A stretch of DNA of 64,000 nucleotides from Lepidodermella squamata (lineage: Eukaryota > Animalia > Gastrotricha). The notes under the pieces are model-generated. The model saw only the letters and a list, made by a program, of their open reading frames with translations. It was not told where the DNA came from and ran no database searches. Numbering within the stretch: the stretch's first letter is position 1; every line of letters begins with the position of its first letter. Of the stretch, positions 1 to 12,047 are shown piece by piece. The stretch covers positions 310,001-374,000 of the forward strand of contig JBLDXI010000066.1 of assembly GCA_047495785.1 (NCBI GenBank). The letters run 5' to 3'. Both the position numbers and the translations under genes were made by a program.

Positions 1-2157
1 GCGTTCCGCCTTCACCCTTTCATTTTACATAAAATCGCCATGCAATGGGCGCGGACGAGGGGTCGTGACAATCATCGGTTTCATCGCAGTTGTTTGCAGA
101 CACAATGCACGCGGTTATAGTGTTATATTCCGCCCAACAAATGACAACGATAAAAATCGCGGTCATTATATGGCTTATGAGCCCGATACTTGGTCGTTTT
201 TTGCTATTACCTCGAACAAAAACAGTGCCAACTGCTCGTTTTACTCTCAATCGATACACTACGAGACTGAACTACATAAGGGTAAATTATTCAACTCGAC
301 ACTACAGTGTGAAAAATAGTGGTATAATTACCCGGCTAAATAGCCTCCACTGTGCAAGGCATAGATATCACATTAACCAGAGAAGAAACTGATGCAGATA
401 AAATTCTGTAAAAATTCATCTCACATTTTCTTCATTAAGGTGGAATTTTAATAATATTTGCCCTCTTCGAGCTTATGGGAAAAGGTACAATTTAGTCATC
501 AGGTTTTTCTCGAATTCATGATGAAAAGGAATACTATAGAATTCCTCGTCTCGTGAACAACACACCGCAAAAAACCGCATGCTCAAATCAGCTTCCCTAT
601 TTGTCAGGCTCTATCCCGAGAAAATTGCTAAATGGACCAACTTTTTATTAAAAGATTTATACATGGATTTTTCGTATTTCGGCAGGGCTCGATTGCATGT
701 TGTTCAGTGAGTTACCGTCAAGTTCCCCAGGCGTGTCAATCGACTACGTTTCGATAGAAATGGGTGCTGGCATCGACTATGAATGGGTCAGCAAGGATTT
801 CAAATCAGTTATTGAAGAGACAACGATGTATGGAGATCTAACAAGCCAGTACGCCTGTTTCTATTTCTACGACGCCGATTTGGGCCCCGATGAACTCTTT
901 AGCCTCAGCAATGCTTGCCGTCGGGTCCCGCAGCAACCAATATTTTCAAATGGAAACTCGATCGCCGAGCTAATGGTTCCGTTCTTCGAGAGCGAGCGAT
1001 TCGACTACATCGACAACATGTCCTCTATACAGCGTAACTGCGGCCACTTCAACGTCTCGGTAAACGCGCCGCGGAACTATGAAAATCTATCGAATTACGA
1101 CGCCCCTCTGAAAATCAAAGTTGGTTTCGAGATAACAGGCTTGAATGAAATTGATACGGTTAGTGAAATCATAACTGTAAACGCACTGCTGCTGCTCTAC
1201 TGGCGAGTAAATACTTGCCCATGGCCGTGTTCACCCGCCATTTCAACTGGCAGAGAATTCGAGAACGTTTACATAGACAATCTCGATAATTTATGGCGTC
1301 CGAGAATTCGCTTTCTAAGCGCGGCTAATTCCAACGTTCAGATGAGGAACATGATAATCAATGACGATTACTTAATGATGATGTCTACTACATTTGGCTC
1401 AAAATTTAACAGAACTTTCGACTTTTACTGGCAAAAGGAAGGTTTGTTCGAGGCAAACTGTGAACTTTCGCTTCAGCTGTTCCCGTTCGACACTCAAATT
1501 TGCGATTTCGAATTCTCACTCGAAAAGAGCCTCAACATTGTTCAAGTGGATGATGAACATCTCATGTTCGATTTCAAGCCTTCTCACACAGGAGGCAGTT
1601 GGACTCTTGTTTCTACCGATAACTCGACCGGCCAGATTTTCTACAAGGGATATAATGTGTCAACATTCAAATTTACGGTGAGAGTAGCAAGGAACCCTAG
1701 GTATTACGTCAGAAACTTTGCGATTCCGTCATCGACCCTCGCCTCTCTGAATTTGTTTCTTTTTCTAATGCCACCTGACGCACCGGATCGAGCTGCCTTT
1801 TCAGTCACTGTCCTATTGACCATGACCGTTATGCAAAGTGCGATTTTGAATGAAGTTCCGAAGAAGCCTTATGAAACTCTTCTCGGCAAGCTGGTTCAAA
1901 GTTTAACATGGTTTTGTATTGCAGCGACTACTTACAATCTAGTGATTTTATGGTTGGCTGCATCTTTCTTTGATCCACTGGTGTATTCGAGGCCTCATCC
2001 GCGGTTCATCGGTGAACATATTGGATTGGTTCGCGTTATTGATAGCTGCTTCGCCATTTTTAGCTTCTCTCTATTCTGCTTTGTTCACTATTGTGTCTTG
2101 CACGACCCAACCCTCGATCCTGGCATGCTATCGAAAGCATTTAATCTATTTGACTAG
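1..2157 (+). CDS. LamG-like x2 / Cys-loop ligand-gated ion channel fusion, paralog 1 (5'-truncated by window edge); exons <1..281, 686..2157
   Basis: Reading frame from base 2 gives RSAFTLSFYIKS...TWSFFAITS...YETELHK. Donor G|gtaaat at 282 and acceptor tttcggcag| at 685 are phase 1 and join in frame to ORF 697..2157 (K-G-L-D-C-M). Channel part has Cys-loop CELSLQLFPFDTQIC (C-x13-C) and four hydrophobic segments. Confidence 0.88.
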
Positions 2158-2291
2158 CTTCTCGAGCTATGTCCATCCTGTACGATCGATGTAATCTTGA
2201 AATAAAATCTCCAATCCTCCCAATTATCGGGTAGGCGGGCAGAAATGGTGCTATAAAATTTAGGAGAGAATTATAATGGATGTGGCAATTC

Positions 2292-3018
2292 GGACACAAA
2301 ATTGTGTGTCACGCAATGGCTATTCGATTACATTGTGTGTGTGCGTGACTGGCTACTCGAACACAAGCGGGCGTGAAGTGGTGTGTGCGCTGTGCGCGCA
2401 TTCGACTATTTGAACACATCATCCTAAGTCACCTGCTAATCACCGAAATCCGGATTTTAACAACTTTTTGTTAGTCCGGAAAATGCTAAAACTGCGAAAA
2501 TGCGAAATACCAGCATAACGGAAAAATACCCGGTCCAAAATTTGAGCGCGCTGTAGCATCAGCAATAAAGGCGATAAAGCAAAAAAGGCCGCTCTCTTTG
2601 ATTTTGGGTCTCGGCCATCGAGTCTGGCCGAAATTCCGATAAAAGGCTGCTGCGCGGCGTGATTGCAACTGATAATTAGCGATTTGATAGCTCGAATTCG
2701 AAGCTCGCCGGACGTCAGCTTTCGGTTTTATTTCAATTTGACTTGTCTTAAAAGCGCGCGGCGAGGTGAGGATACCATTGGAGGCGCGGGCGGTGAGGAT
2801 AGGTTTAAAATCAAGAATACACGACACTAGCAGGGATAGTCTTTGGGATTATGCTAAAAACGCTAAATCCGTCTTAAATCCGGTCAATTACCGTCTTATC
2901 GACTTCGAGGGGTGTGTTCGAATAGCCGTTTCCGCGCACACACCGCTGTGTTCAAATAGCGAAAAGCGCGCACACAATGTGTTCGAATAGCCATTGCGTG
3001 ACACACATTTTGCTGTCC
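2292..3018. mobile_element. Non-autonomous TIR element (MITE-like)
   Basis: Imperfect terminal inverted repeats of about 36 bp (GGACAC/AGCAAAAT(T)GTGTGTCACGCAATGGCTATTCGA) with several subterminal GCTATTCGAACAC-like copies on each side. AATTATAATGG occurs at 2269 and 3019. No credible ORF. Confidence 0.7.
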
Positions 3019-3810
3019 AATTATAATGGTGCTATCACAAATAAGTACGACGGTGAAAACTTCGGCTAGCATCTCGCAAACTTCGGTAGAGTGAAGCGAA
3101 ACGTCGGGGAGCGTTATCAGTGGAACTTCGGACGCGCGCGCGCGCGGTCGGGCGCCCGAAGTCTCTATTGTTTAGTCGCCGAAGCAGCCCCATGCAGTTA
3201 AAAAGGCATATTAAGTATGGAATTATGGACCAGATTAGCCAATTTTTCTACTATTCAGCCCTTAAATCCTGAAAATGCCTGAAAGACTTAATACGCTGAA
3301 ACATATTCTTCTGTTCTGATCACAGAATCAATCACATTTCATGTTTTGTCAACTTCTTATAAGCCGCTGAGCTACCGCACCAAACTGAACTTGCGCGAAG
3401 CTCGCGGAATCGCTTGAAGCAGATTCGCAACCACATGAGGCCATGAGTAGAATCACACAAAGTTTACGAAGTTGGCAGCATTCAAGAATTGCTAGGATGA
3501 CTTGTACCACTGCATCCTGAGAAAGATAGCTGATCGTCTTGTTAATGTGATCTGGTTAGCGATGTAGCGATGATTGTCTATTAGCAATTAGCAACCAGTC
3601 CACCGTATTCGATGCAACTCGCTTGGCATAAATCGTATACGACATTTTGGCTAGAATCCTATCTATAATTGGGGCTAACAGGAATGCTTACGACACTTCA
3701 AACCGATCTAATGGCGAGAATGCAGAATAATTCTCAGGGTTTCAAAGTAATTGAAGGTAACAAATTGGCGTGTACTTTATGATGGGAGATGAGAACCGGT
3801 TACGGATAGA

Positions 3811-4026
3811 CCTGTAATGCAAAGTGCAATTTTGAATGAGGTTCCGAAGAAGCCTAATAAAACTCTTCTGGACAAGCTGGTTCAGAGTTTGACATGGTTT
3901 TGCATCGCAGTGACAATCTACAATCTCACAATTCTATGGGTCGCAGCTTCTTACTTTGATCCAAATGTCCCATCGCGAGATTACGTGAGTTTTTTTAACA
4001 AGATAATCGGTTTTATTTGTTCATAA
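3811..4026 (+). pseudogene. Orphan fragment of the channel M2-M3 region
   Basis: MQSAILNEVPKKP..LVQSLTWFCIAVTIYNLTILWVAASYFDPNVPSR matches the paralogs, with no upstream extracellular domain and no M4. Confidence 0.85.
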
Positions 4027-4259
4027 ACTCGGAACTTGGAATTTCTTCCACGGCTTATAAACTTGCCTCTCATTCCGTCCCGAAACCCAATCGTAATTCC
4101 ATTCATTATTGAATATTATCAAAATATTATGCCTAGATACAAAGCGTAGCTCATATAGAACAGGATTTTGTCTGCTAGGTGAAACTTTATTGATTTCACG
4201 CTGTTCACCGAAGTTCGGATCTTACTGCGATGGGTAAAGCAACCCGGAGTTCCTCTACA

Positions 4260-4271
4260 CAGGAAATTAAA
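4260..4271 (+). promoter_or_regulatory. Conserved 12-mer CAGGAAATTAAA upstream of LamG-pLGIC start (also at 7687, 11956, 15487, 29496, 36301)
   Basis: Identical 12-mer 92-111 nt upstream of the conserved M(H/R)(C/W) start codon in all six copies with an intact 5' end, including copies whose surrounding sequence does not align. Confidence 0.6.
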
Positions 4272-4359
4272 AATCGACCCACCCAGCTGGTCGGAGATAC
4301 GAATCCGCGTTTTGAAATTCAATTCTCGTATTCCTATGTTAAAGATTCACGTACTGCCC

Positions 4360-7353
4360 ATGCACTGTTATCTGATGGTGAGTTGTTTGGTTGCGTGTAC
4401 CAACGGCTTGGATGTTTCGGAGATAAAGCTACCTCGCTTGGACCAACTCATCGCCTTTTGGCCCATGGATGCATACTCTGGTCTAACCGGCTTCACGAAA
4501 AATAACGAAGAGTTGCAACCATTACCATCAAATAGCACTTCAAAGTTTAGTAGCAATCATGTCACAAATTCTGGGTATTACACGCTGACGAGCGGGGACA
4601 GAATTGCTTCGTACTCTTTACCCGAAATTCCGAGTTCCTTCACAATTTGTGTTCACACTGGCCTCAACTACGGCTTCGGGGCAATAGAATTCGTCGGATT
4701 ATTTATGATGCAGCAATACAGCCTTTCACTGAGAACAGGACCGGAAAGTTGGCATCTAGCCGGTAATGATTTGGATGATTACGATGCCTTTTATTCGACG
4801 GATAGCAACATGAAGGCATTCACCTACGATGAGTCATCGGGCACAGTAAATTTCTATGTACCAAGAACTACTGCTGATCAGGGCTGGCAAATTGAAAACT
4901 ACACCATCCCGAGTAAGCTTTACTACAACAGCGAAATTCGGCCAGAATTTGTCATTGGACAGCGGAAAGAATCCACGGCTGACTACCCGATGTTCAAAGT
5001 ATCATGTGTTTTATTGTACGCAACCGCCTTAACAGCGGATGAGGTGAAATCGCTGTTTCTAACACCGTGCCGTAATGCAGTTAAAGCATCGATTGGTGAA
5101 ATCGATCAAATCAATATGGCGGTCATCCCACGACTTGAGAATCTCATCGGGTTCTGGCCTATGTCGTACGACTCGAATTTGCTCGGTTGGGATGGGGCTG
5201 GTAACGTAATTTTACCCCGCCAACCTAGCTCTTATGCGGTGAAACGGATCAAATTCGAAGGGCCGTATGGGCAAGGCAGTTATGCGGAGAATTCGAGTCT
5301 GTCGAGTCAATTTTTTTTAGTAGCCTACGACCACTTGCGTAGGCCGCGTTCCGCCTTCACCCTGGCATTCTATATCAAATCGACGTGCGACGAGGCAAAC
5401 GGAATTGTGACAATCCACGGTTTTCTAACAGTTAAATGTCTTGCTGATATTAACGGCATAGACGTCTCGTTTACTCCGTTGACGTCCAGAGGTCATGAGC
5501 AGGCAAATGGCACGTTAATGCGCTATGAGCACAGCGGAACATGGACGTTTTTCGCCATTACTTCAAACAGCGGCGCCTCTCACTGTTCAGTTTACACACT
5601 AGCTGTGAACTTTGATAGTCAACTTGCAGTTAACGGTAAGGCAACCACTTTGCTGTTGAAGCTCCATTCTATGTTTTACGTGGGTTTATACGCCTAAAAT
5701 GCGAGAATTCACATTTTAAGAGCAATCCCTTTTGAGCGCCATCCCATGGGTACATTGAAACACGGGGAATCTCTTGAGCCTTGAGCTTGTCCATGTCAAT
5801 TGCGCGACCGGACCGCAATAGCAAAAATGAAAGTTTGCAAGCCTAGTGAATAGGCCTAAAAAAGAGACCAGGGATGAAGGATCAGTATTATGATCAGTAA
5901 GGAATAATCATCTTTTTTCAACTTAGATGAGTGCCTGGACTTCGCGAAATATTTTATGACACCGGTCTCAGACGTTTCAATGGATTACGTTACAATGGAA
6001 ATTGGAGACGGTGCCGAATGGCCAAACAAGATCTCTGATACTCAGTTCGCTTGCTTCTATTTCTACGACTCAGCCTTGCGAGCTGATGAGATTTTCAATC
6101 TTAGCAACGCCTGCGGTCGACTCTTATCTCAGCAAACAACTTTCTCTAGTGGCAACTCGATTGCCGAGCGAATGGTTCCGTTCTTCGAGAGCCAGCAATT
6201 CGACTATATCGACAACATGACCTCGATACAGCGAAACTGTGGTCATTTCAACGCTTCAGTCAATGCGCCGCGAAATTTTGAAAATGCATCGAATTACGAC
6301 GCCCCGCTTAAGGTCAAAGTTGGATTCCAAGTGACTGGCCTGAATGAAATCGATACAGTTCGGGAAATTATAACTGTGAAAGCATTGATGGTGCTCTATT
6401 GGCGGGTAAATACATGCCCATGGCTGTCTTCGCCCACTCTACCAACGGGCAGAAATTTTGAGACCGTATACATCGACAATCTCGGCAATCTGTGGAGGCC
6501 CAGGGTCCGCTTTCTCTCCGCAGCTAATTCTAACATTCAGATGCGTAACATGCCTATCAATGACGATTATTTGATGATGATGTCGTCCAAAGTACCCACT
6601 GTCAATAGAACGTTTGACTTCTATTGGCAGAAGGAAGGTTTGTTTGTGGCGAAATGCGAACTCTCACTGGAATTGTTCCCATTCGATACACAAACGTGCA
6701 ATTTCGAATTCTCTCTCGAACGTAGCATCAACGTTGTTCGAGTCGATGACAAAACACTTATGTTAGATTTCAAACCTTCTCATTCTGGAGATAGTTGGAC
6801 CCTAGTTTCGACCGATAACTCGACCGGCCAAATTTTCTACAAGGGATATAATGTGTCAACATTCAAATTTACGGTGAGAGTAGCCAGGAATCCGAGGTAT
6901 TACGTCAGAAACTTTGCGATTCCTTCATCGACCCTCGCCTCCTTGAATTTGTTCATATTCATGATGCCACCTGATTTACCAGATCGGGCTGCTTTTTCTG
7001 TCACTGTTCTCTTGACAATGGCTATTATGCAGAGTGCGATTTTAAATGAAGTCCCGAAAAAACCTTATGTTACTCTCATCGGCGAGCTGAGCGTGAGTTT
7101 GTTGTGGTTTTGTATTGGAGTGACGATTTACAATCTATCGATTTTATGGTTGGCTGCATCTTTCTTTGATCCTAATGCAAGACGGAGGCCTCAGCCGCGC
7201 TTCATCAAGGGCCAAATCGGGTTGGTTCGAGTTATCGATAGCGGCTGCGCCATTTGCGGTATTTTCCTATTCTTTTTCGTACACTTGAGTATTTTGCGCA
7301 CGCCGGATCTCGATGCCGATTTGCTTTACAAATCATTTAATCTGTTTGAATAG
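4360..7353 (+). CDS. LamG-like x2 / Cys-loop channel fusion, paralog 2 (about 900 aa); exons 4360..5635, 5927..7353
   Basis: Signal-peptide-like MHCYLMVSCLVACTNG (alternative ATG at 4336). Repeats LIAFWPMD...SSFTICVH...AFTYD...FVIG...VSCVLLYATALTADEVKSLF and LIGFWPMS...SAFTLAFYIKS...TWTFFAITS. Phase-1 intron gtaagg..acttag (5636..5926) joins in frame. Spliced length 2703 nt. Cys-loop CELSLELFPFDTQTC. Confidence 0.9.
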
Positions 7354-7788
7354 CATCAGAAACTAGACACAATTCGAAGGGATAGTCATCATCTTGGAAA
7401 TTATTTTGATTATCGGTTAAAAATGAAACTGTTAATTTTTTATTTTTGATGAGGCAATTTCGTTTCATTTCTCAATCATTGGAATAAATAAATATAAATT
7501 TGAAGCTTTCTCGCACAAAACATTAGCGTTGTGATTTTACAAATATGTTCAGCTTTCAGTATTACGAATATCTCTTTACCGCGAACCATCGATTTTGAGT
7601 GCAAATATCTCCAATATATTTTGATCTCACAGTGTTCACCGAAGTTCTTATGGGTAAAACGATGCGAGGCTCCTCTACACTCTACACAGGAAATTAAACC
7701 TGTCGACCCACCCAGCTGGTCGGAGATACAAATCCGCGTTTTGAAATCCAATTCTCGTATTCCTATGTTAAAAATTCACGTACTGCCC

Positions 7789-10700
7789 ATGCACTGTTAT
7801 CTCATGTTGAGCTGTTTGGTTGCATGTACCAACGGCTTGGACGTTTCAGAGTTGGTGCTACCTCGTTTGGACCAACTATTGGTCTTTTGGCCCATGGACG
7901 CATACTCGGGGCTCATTGGTTTCACGAGAACAAACGAAGAGTTGCAACCGCTGCCGACAAACACTACGCCCAAATTCCTGCTGAATAACGTGGTGAATAC
8001 GGGATATTACGAAAGAACAAAGACCGCCACTAGAATCGCGGGCTATACTATACCCGAAATACCAAATTCCTTCACAGTTTCGGTACACACTGGTTCGAAT
8101 TTAGGCACGATCGAATTCGATGGCTTATTCAAGCTGTTTGAAGCTGGCATGTCTTTGAGAACAGGCGCTAACAGTTGGTACCATGTCGGAAATAAATCCG
8201 ATGCAGATGATGGAACTAAAGTTGAAGGAGACGGTAATTTTGCAGCTTTCACGTATCGCAAGTCGTCAAACGTGGTTGTATTTCACTGGATTAAATCAAC
8301 GGATCAGATTTTGCATAGCAAACGCTACATTGTTCCAGCGAAATTATACAGCAGCGAAACTAGGCGACAATTCGTAATCGGGAACCCTGAAGACCCCCAG
8401 AATTTCAAAGTCTCATGTGTCACTTTATACAAGGCTGCTCTAACTGCAGAGGAGGTGAAATCGTTGTTTCTAAAGCCGTGCCTAAACGCGGCGAAAGAAA
8501 GCATGGGTGAAATTGATGGAATCGATATGTCAAACATTCCTCGGCGGGAGAATCTCATTGGGTTTTGGCCGCTGTCGTACGATTCGAAATTAATCGGCTG
8601 GGACGGAGCAGGTAACCCCATTTTACCACGCCAGCCTAGCTCTTATAACGTGAAGCAAACACAATTTGAGGGGCCATATGGGCAGGGTAGCGTTTCGTGG
8701 AATGACACAGACTGGAGTTCTGCAAACGGCGGACTGGTTGCCTACGACTTCCTGCCGAGGCCGCGTTCGGCTTTCACCCTCGCGTTCTACATAAAATCGT
8801 CATGCTATGGGCGTGGACGAGGGTTCGTCACAGTCATCGATTTCATCACAGTTGTTTGCAGTCGTCAATTTGCAGAGGAAATCGAATTCGTATTCCGATC
8901 GACAGGAAGGAATCGAAGTGAACGTAAGGATTATAAACCCGAAACCTGGTGGTTTGTTGCTATCACCTCGAGCCAAGACAAAGTCAACTGCACGATTTAC
9001 GTTCAACCGATGCACTACGAGACTGAACTAAAACCGGGTAAATTATTCAACTCACTCTTTCGGAATCAGCGAGAAATAAATGCCGCATTTAGGCGCAATT
9101 TTCTCTATGATTCCTAACAGCTAATTCGCCAAATTGTTAACCAAAGAAGGAGGAATATACACCTTTTTTCCTTTTGCATTTTCATCTTGTTCCAACAAAA
9201 GTCTGAAATTTGTTCCAACAAATCTCAGAACTCATAAGCAGAAGCGATGTAAGCCAAGCGCCTGTTTTTTTTCAGGCGATTCTCTTTCTTCATTTTTTTA
9301 TCCTGTGGCTATCATAGCTTGTTAAAATTGTTTTTAACAAAATGAAAGGCAAAAGAAAATAGAAGTAGGTATTAATGATTGATTACAAGATTTTTGGGCA
9401 CCCTGTGATTTGTGTGACCCTGTGGTTTTTTTGGGGTTTTTTCACTTTGGCCTGCCGAACTGGGGTGTACGATATCACTCCTTCTCGCGTATTACCTCCG
9501 TACTTCGCGCCCTGGATCCCAGGTATCCCAACATTCCAACTGGGACTTCAGATGTTATCTATCGTCTTGGCAGAAATTCAAACCTTCAATTACAGCACCA
9601 GATTATAAAAAAACATTTGTGCTTCGGATTGTAGGAAATTCGAAACTATTTTGAGAAAAAAATCCGAGAAAAATACCAGAAACCCCGTACTGTAGCGTTT
9701 GGGAGCCCAGAGAGAATCACTGCATGGACTAAGTTGTTCATTGAAAAAAGTAACATAGAATTTTCGTATTCCGTCAGGGCTCGATGCGTGCGTGATGTTC
9801 AGTGAATTCGCGTCAAGTGCGCAAGGTGTCTTCATGGATTATGTTTCGATAGAAATCGGTGTTGGCTTCAGCTATGAATCGGTTAACAATGGTTTGGATC
9901 AGGTTATGGAGGAAAGAACGATTGATGGAGATCTAACAAGTCAGTACGCCTGTTTCTACTTCTACAACGCCGCTTTGGGCCCCGACGAACTCTTAAATCT
10001 CAGCAACGCTTGCCGCCGAGTTGTCGCACAGCAACCAATCTTTTCAAATAGCAACTCGATCGCCGAGCAAATGGTTCCGTTCTTCGAGAGCCAGCAATTC
10101 GACTTTATCGATAGCATGACCTCGATACAGCGAAACTGTGGTCATTTCAACGCCTCGGTGAACGCGCCGCGAAATTTCGAAAATCTATCGAATTACGACG
10201 CCCCCCTAAAAGTCAAAGTTGGTTTCGAGATAACAGAATTGAATGAAATTGATACGGTTAGTGAGATCATAACTGTGAACGCACTGATGGTGCTCTACTG
10301 GCGAGTGAATACTTGCCCATGGTGGTCTTCACCTGCCATTTCAACTGGCAGAAATTTCGAGAACGTCTACATAGACAATCTCGATAATTTATGGCGTCCG
10401 AAAATTCGTTTTCTAACCGCGGCTAATTCCAACTTTCAGATGAGGAACATGATTATCAATGACGATTACTTGATGATGATGTCTACTACATTCGGCTCAA
10501 CATTTAACCGAACTTTTGACTTTTACTGGCAGAAGGAAGGCTTGTTCGAGGCGAACTGCGAACTTTCGCTTCAGCTATTCCCGTTCGACACTCAAATTTG
10601 CGATTTGGAATTCTCACTCGAAAAAAGCATCAACATTGTTCAAGTGGATGATGAAAATCTGATGTTCGATTTCAAGCCTTCTCACTCAGGAGACAGTTGG

Positions 10701-11255
10701 ACCCTGCTTTCGACTGATAACTATACCGGCCAAGTTTTCTACAAGGGATTTAATGTTTCAACATTCAAATTTACGGTGAGGGTAGCCAGGAACCCTAGTT
10801 ATTACGTCGGAAACTTCGCAATTCCTTCTTCGACCCTCGCCTCTCTGAATTTGTTTCTGGTTCTAATGCCACCTGACGCACCGGATCGAGCTGCCTTTTC
10901 AGTTACCGTTCTTCTAACCATGACCGTTATGCAAAGTGCGATTCTGAACCAAGTCCCGAAAAAGCCTTATGAAACTCTTCTCGGCAAGCTGGGTCAGAAT
11001 TTGACGTGGTTTTGTATTGGAGTTACGATTTACAATCTCTCAATTTTATGGCTGGCTGCATCTTTCTTTGATCCGCTGGTGTATTCGAGGCCTCAGCCAC
11101 GTTTTATCAACGGACATGTAGGATTGGTTCGAGTTATTGACAGCTGTTTCGTCATTTTCGGCATTTCCCTATTTCTTCTTGTACACTTTCGTGTTTTCCA
11201 AAACCCAAATCTAAACACTAGCCTTGTTTTCAGAGAATTCAATCTATTCGATTAG
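7789..11255 (+). CDS. LamG-like x2 / Cys-loop channel fusion, paralog 3 (about 908 aa); exons 7789..9037, 9778..11255
   Basis: Phase-1 intron gtaaat..ccgtcag (9038..9777) is in frame; spliced length 2727 nt; same domain motifs as paralog 2. Confidence 0.9.
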
Positions 11256-11265
11256 CTTCACATTA

Positions 11266-11565
11266 GCTGCATCTTTCTTTGATCCGCTGGTGAATTGAAT
11301 TTGAGGCCTCACCCGCGGTTCATCGGTGAGCATTTTGGATTGGTTCGTGTTATTGATAGCTGCTCTTCGCCATTTTTAGCTTTCCCCTATTCTGCTTTGT
11401 TCACTATTGTGTTTTGCACGACCAAAACCTTGATACTGGAATGCTATTGAAAGCATTTAATCAATTTGATCTTTGATGAGCTTCATGAGATCTATGAGAT
11501 GTAATCTCGAAATTGTATCTCTAATTTTCCCGATAGTAGACAAGGCAGCAGAAATCTTGCCTTAA
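11266..11565 (+). pseudogene. Degenerate duplicate of channel 3' end (M3-M4 loop, M4 and 3' UTR) of paralog-1 type
   Basis: Starts 10 nt after the paralog 3 stop. Aligns to 1958..2260 (HPRFIGEH.GLVRVIDSC..LFCFVHYCVLHD and downstream UTR) with indels. Confidence 0.85.
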
Positions 11566-12047
11566 AAAATGTGCGCACAATTTTTCGTTCGCAATGAAAG
11601 ATTTGGCTTGTTTAATTGATTTTTATTTTTTCTGTCGTGTTGTTTCGGTATTTTCTTTGCTCATTGCTGTTTTGTTAAGAAGCGGATAGGTCAGGTGAAC
11701 CAGCTAATTTTTACTAGCGCAAACGCGTTCGCTGGTGGTGTCATGAGTGTTGGGGTCAGACCTAAGCTGCAATTCAGGTCAGAAAGGCAGAAAATGCCTT
11801 GCAACCCTCTCTTCCACCTTTCAGGTCCTCAGTACCGAATATAAGAACGCTGAAAAAACTGTTGCACGCAGGGCCGAATTCGATTAATTCAACAACGCTA
11901 CAGGGCAGTCGATAATATACGTGCAAATAATTCCAGCTTTGTGAAACCACACGATCAGGAAATTAAAGAACAACAAACCTAGCAGGTCGAAGATGCCACT
12001 GGTGTTTTTGTGAAAAAAATATTTGACGGCACTCACATTTAATAACC

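Noticed and set aside
697-2157. Naming the channels as nAChR alpha subunits or giving gene symbols
   Set aside because: No vicinal Cys pair or loop B Trp; orthology cannot be shown from the sequence.
4312-7353. Reading the alternating ORFs as a prokaryote-style two-gene operon (secreted protein plus channel)
   Set aside because: In-frame phase-1 GT-AG junctions in seven copies, a domain split across the junction and no signal peptide on the channel ORFs favour single spliced genes.
7531-7788. N-terminal extensions in the ORF track (7531, 36259, 29571, 17336, 40288, 49129)
   Set aside because: They mostly start at GTG/TTG or lie in introns or leaders, and are not conserved among paralogs.
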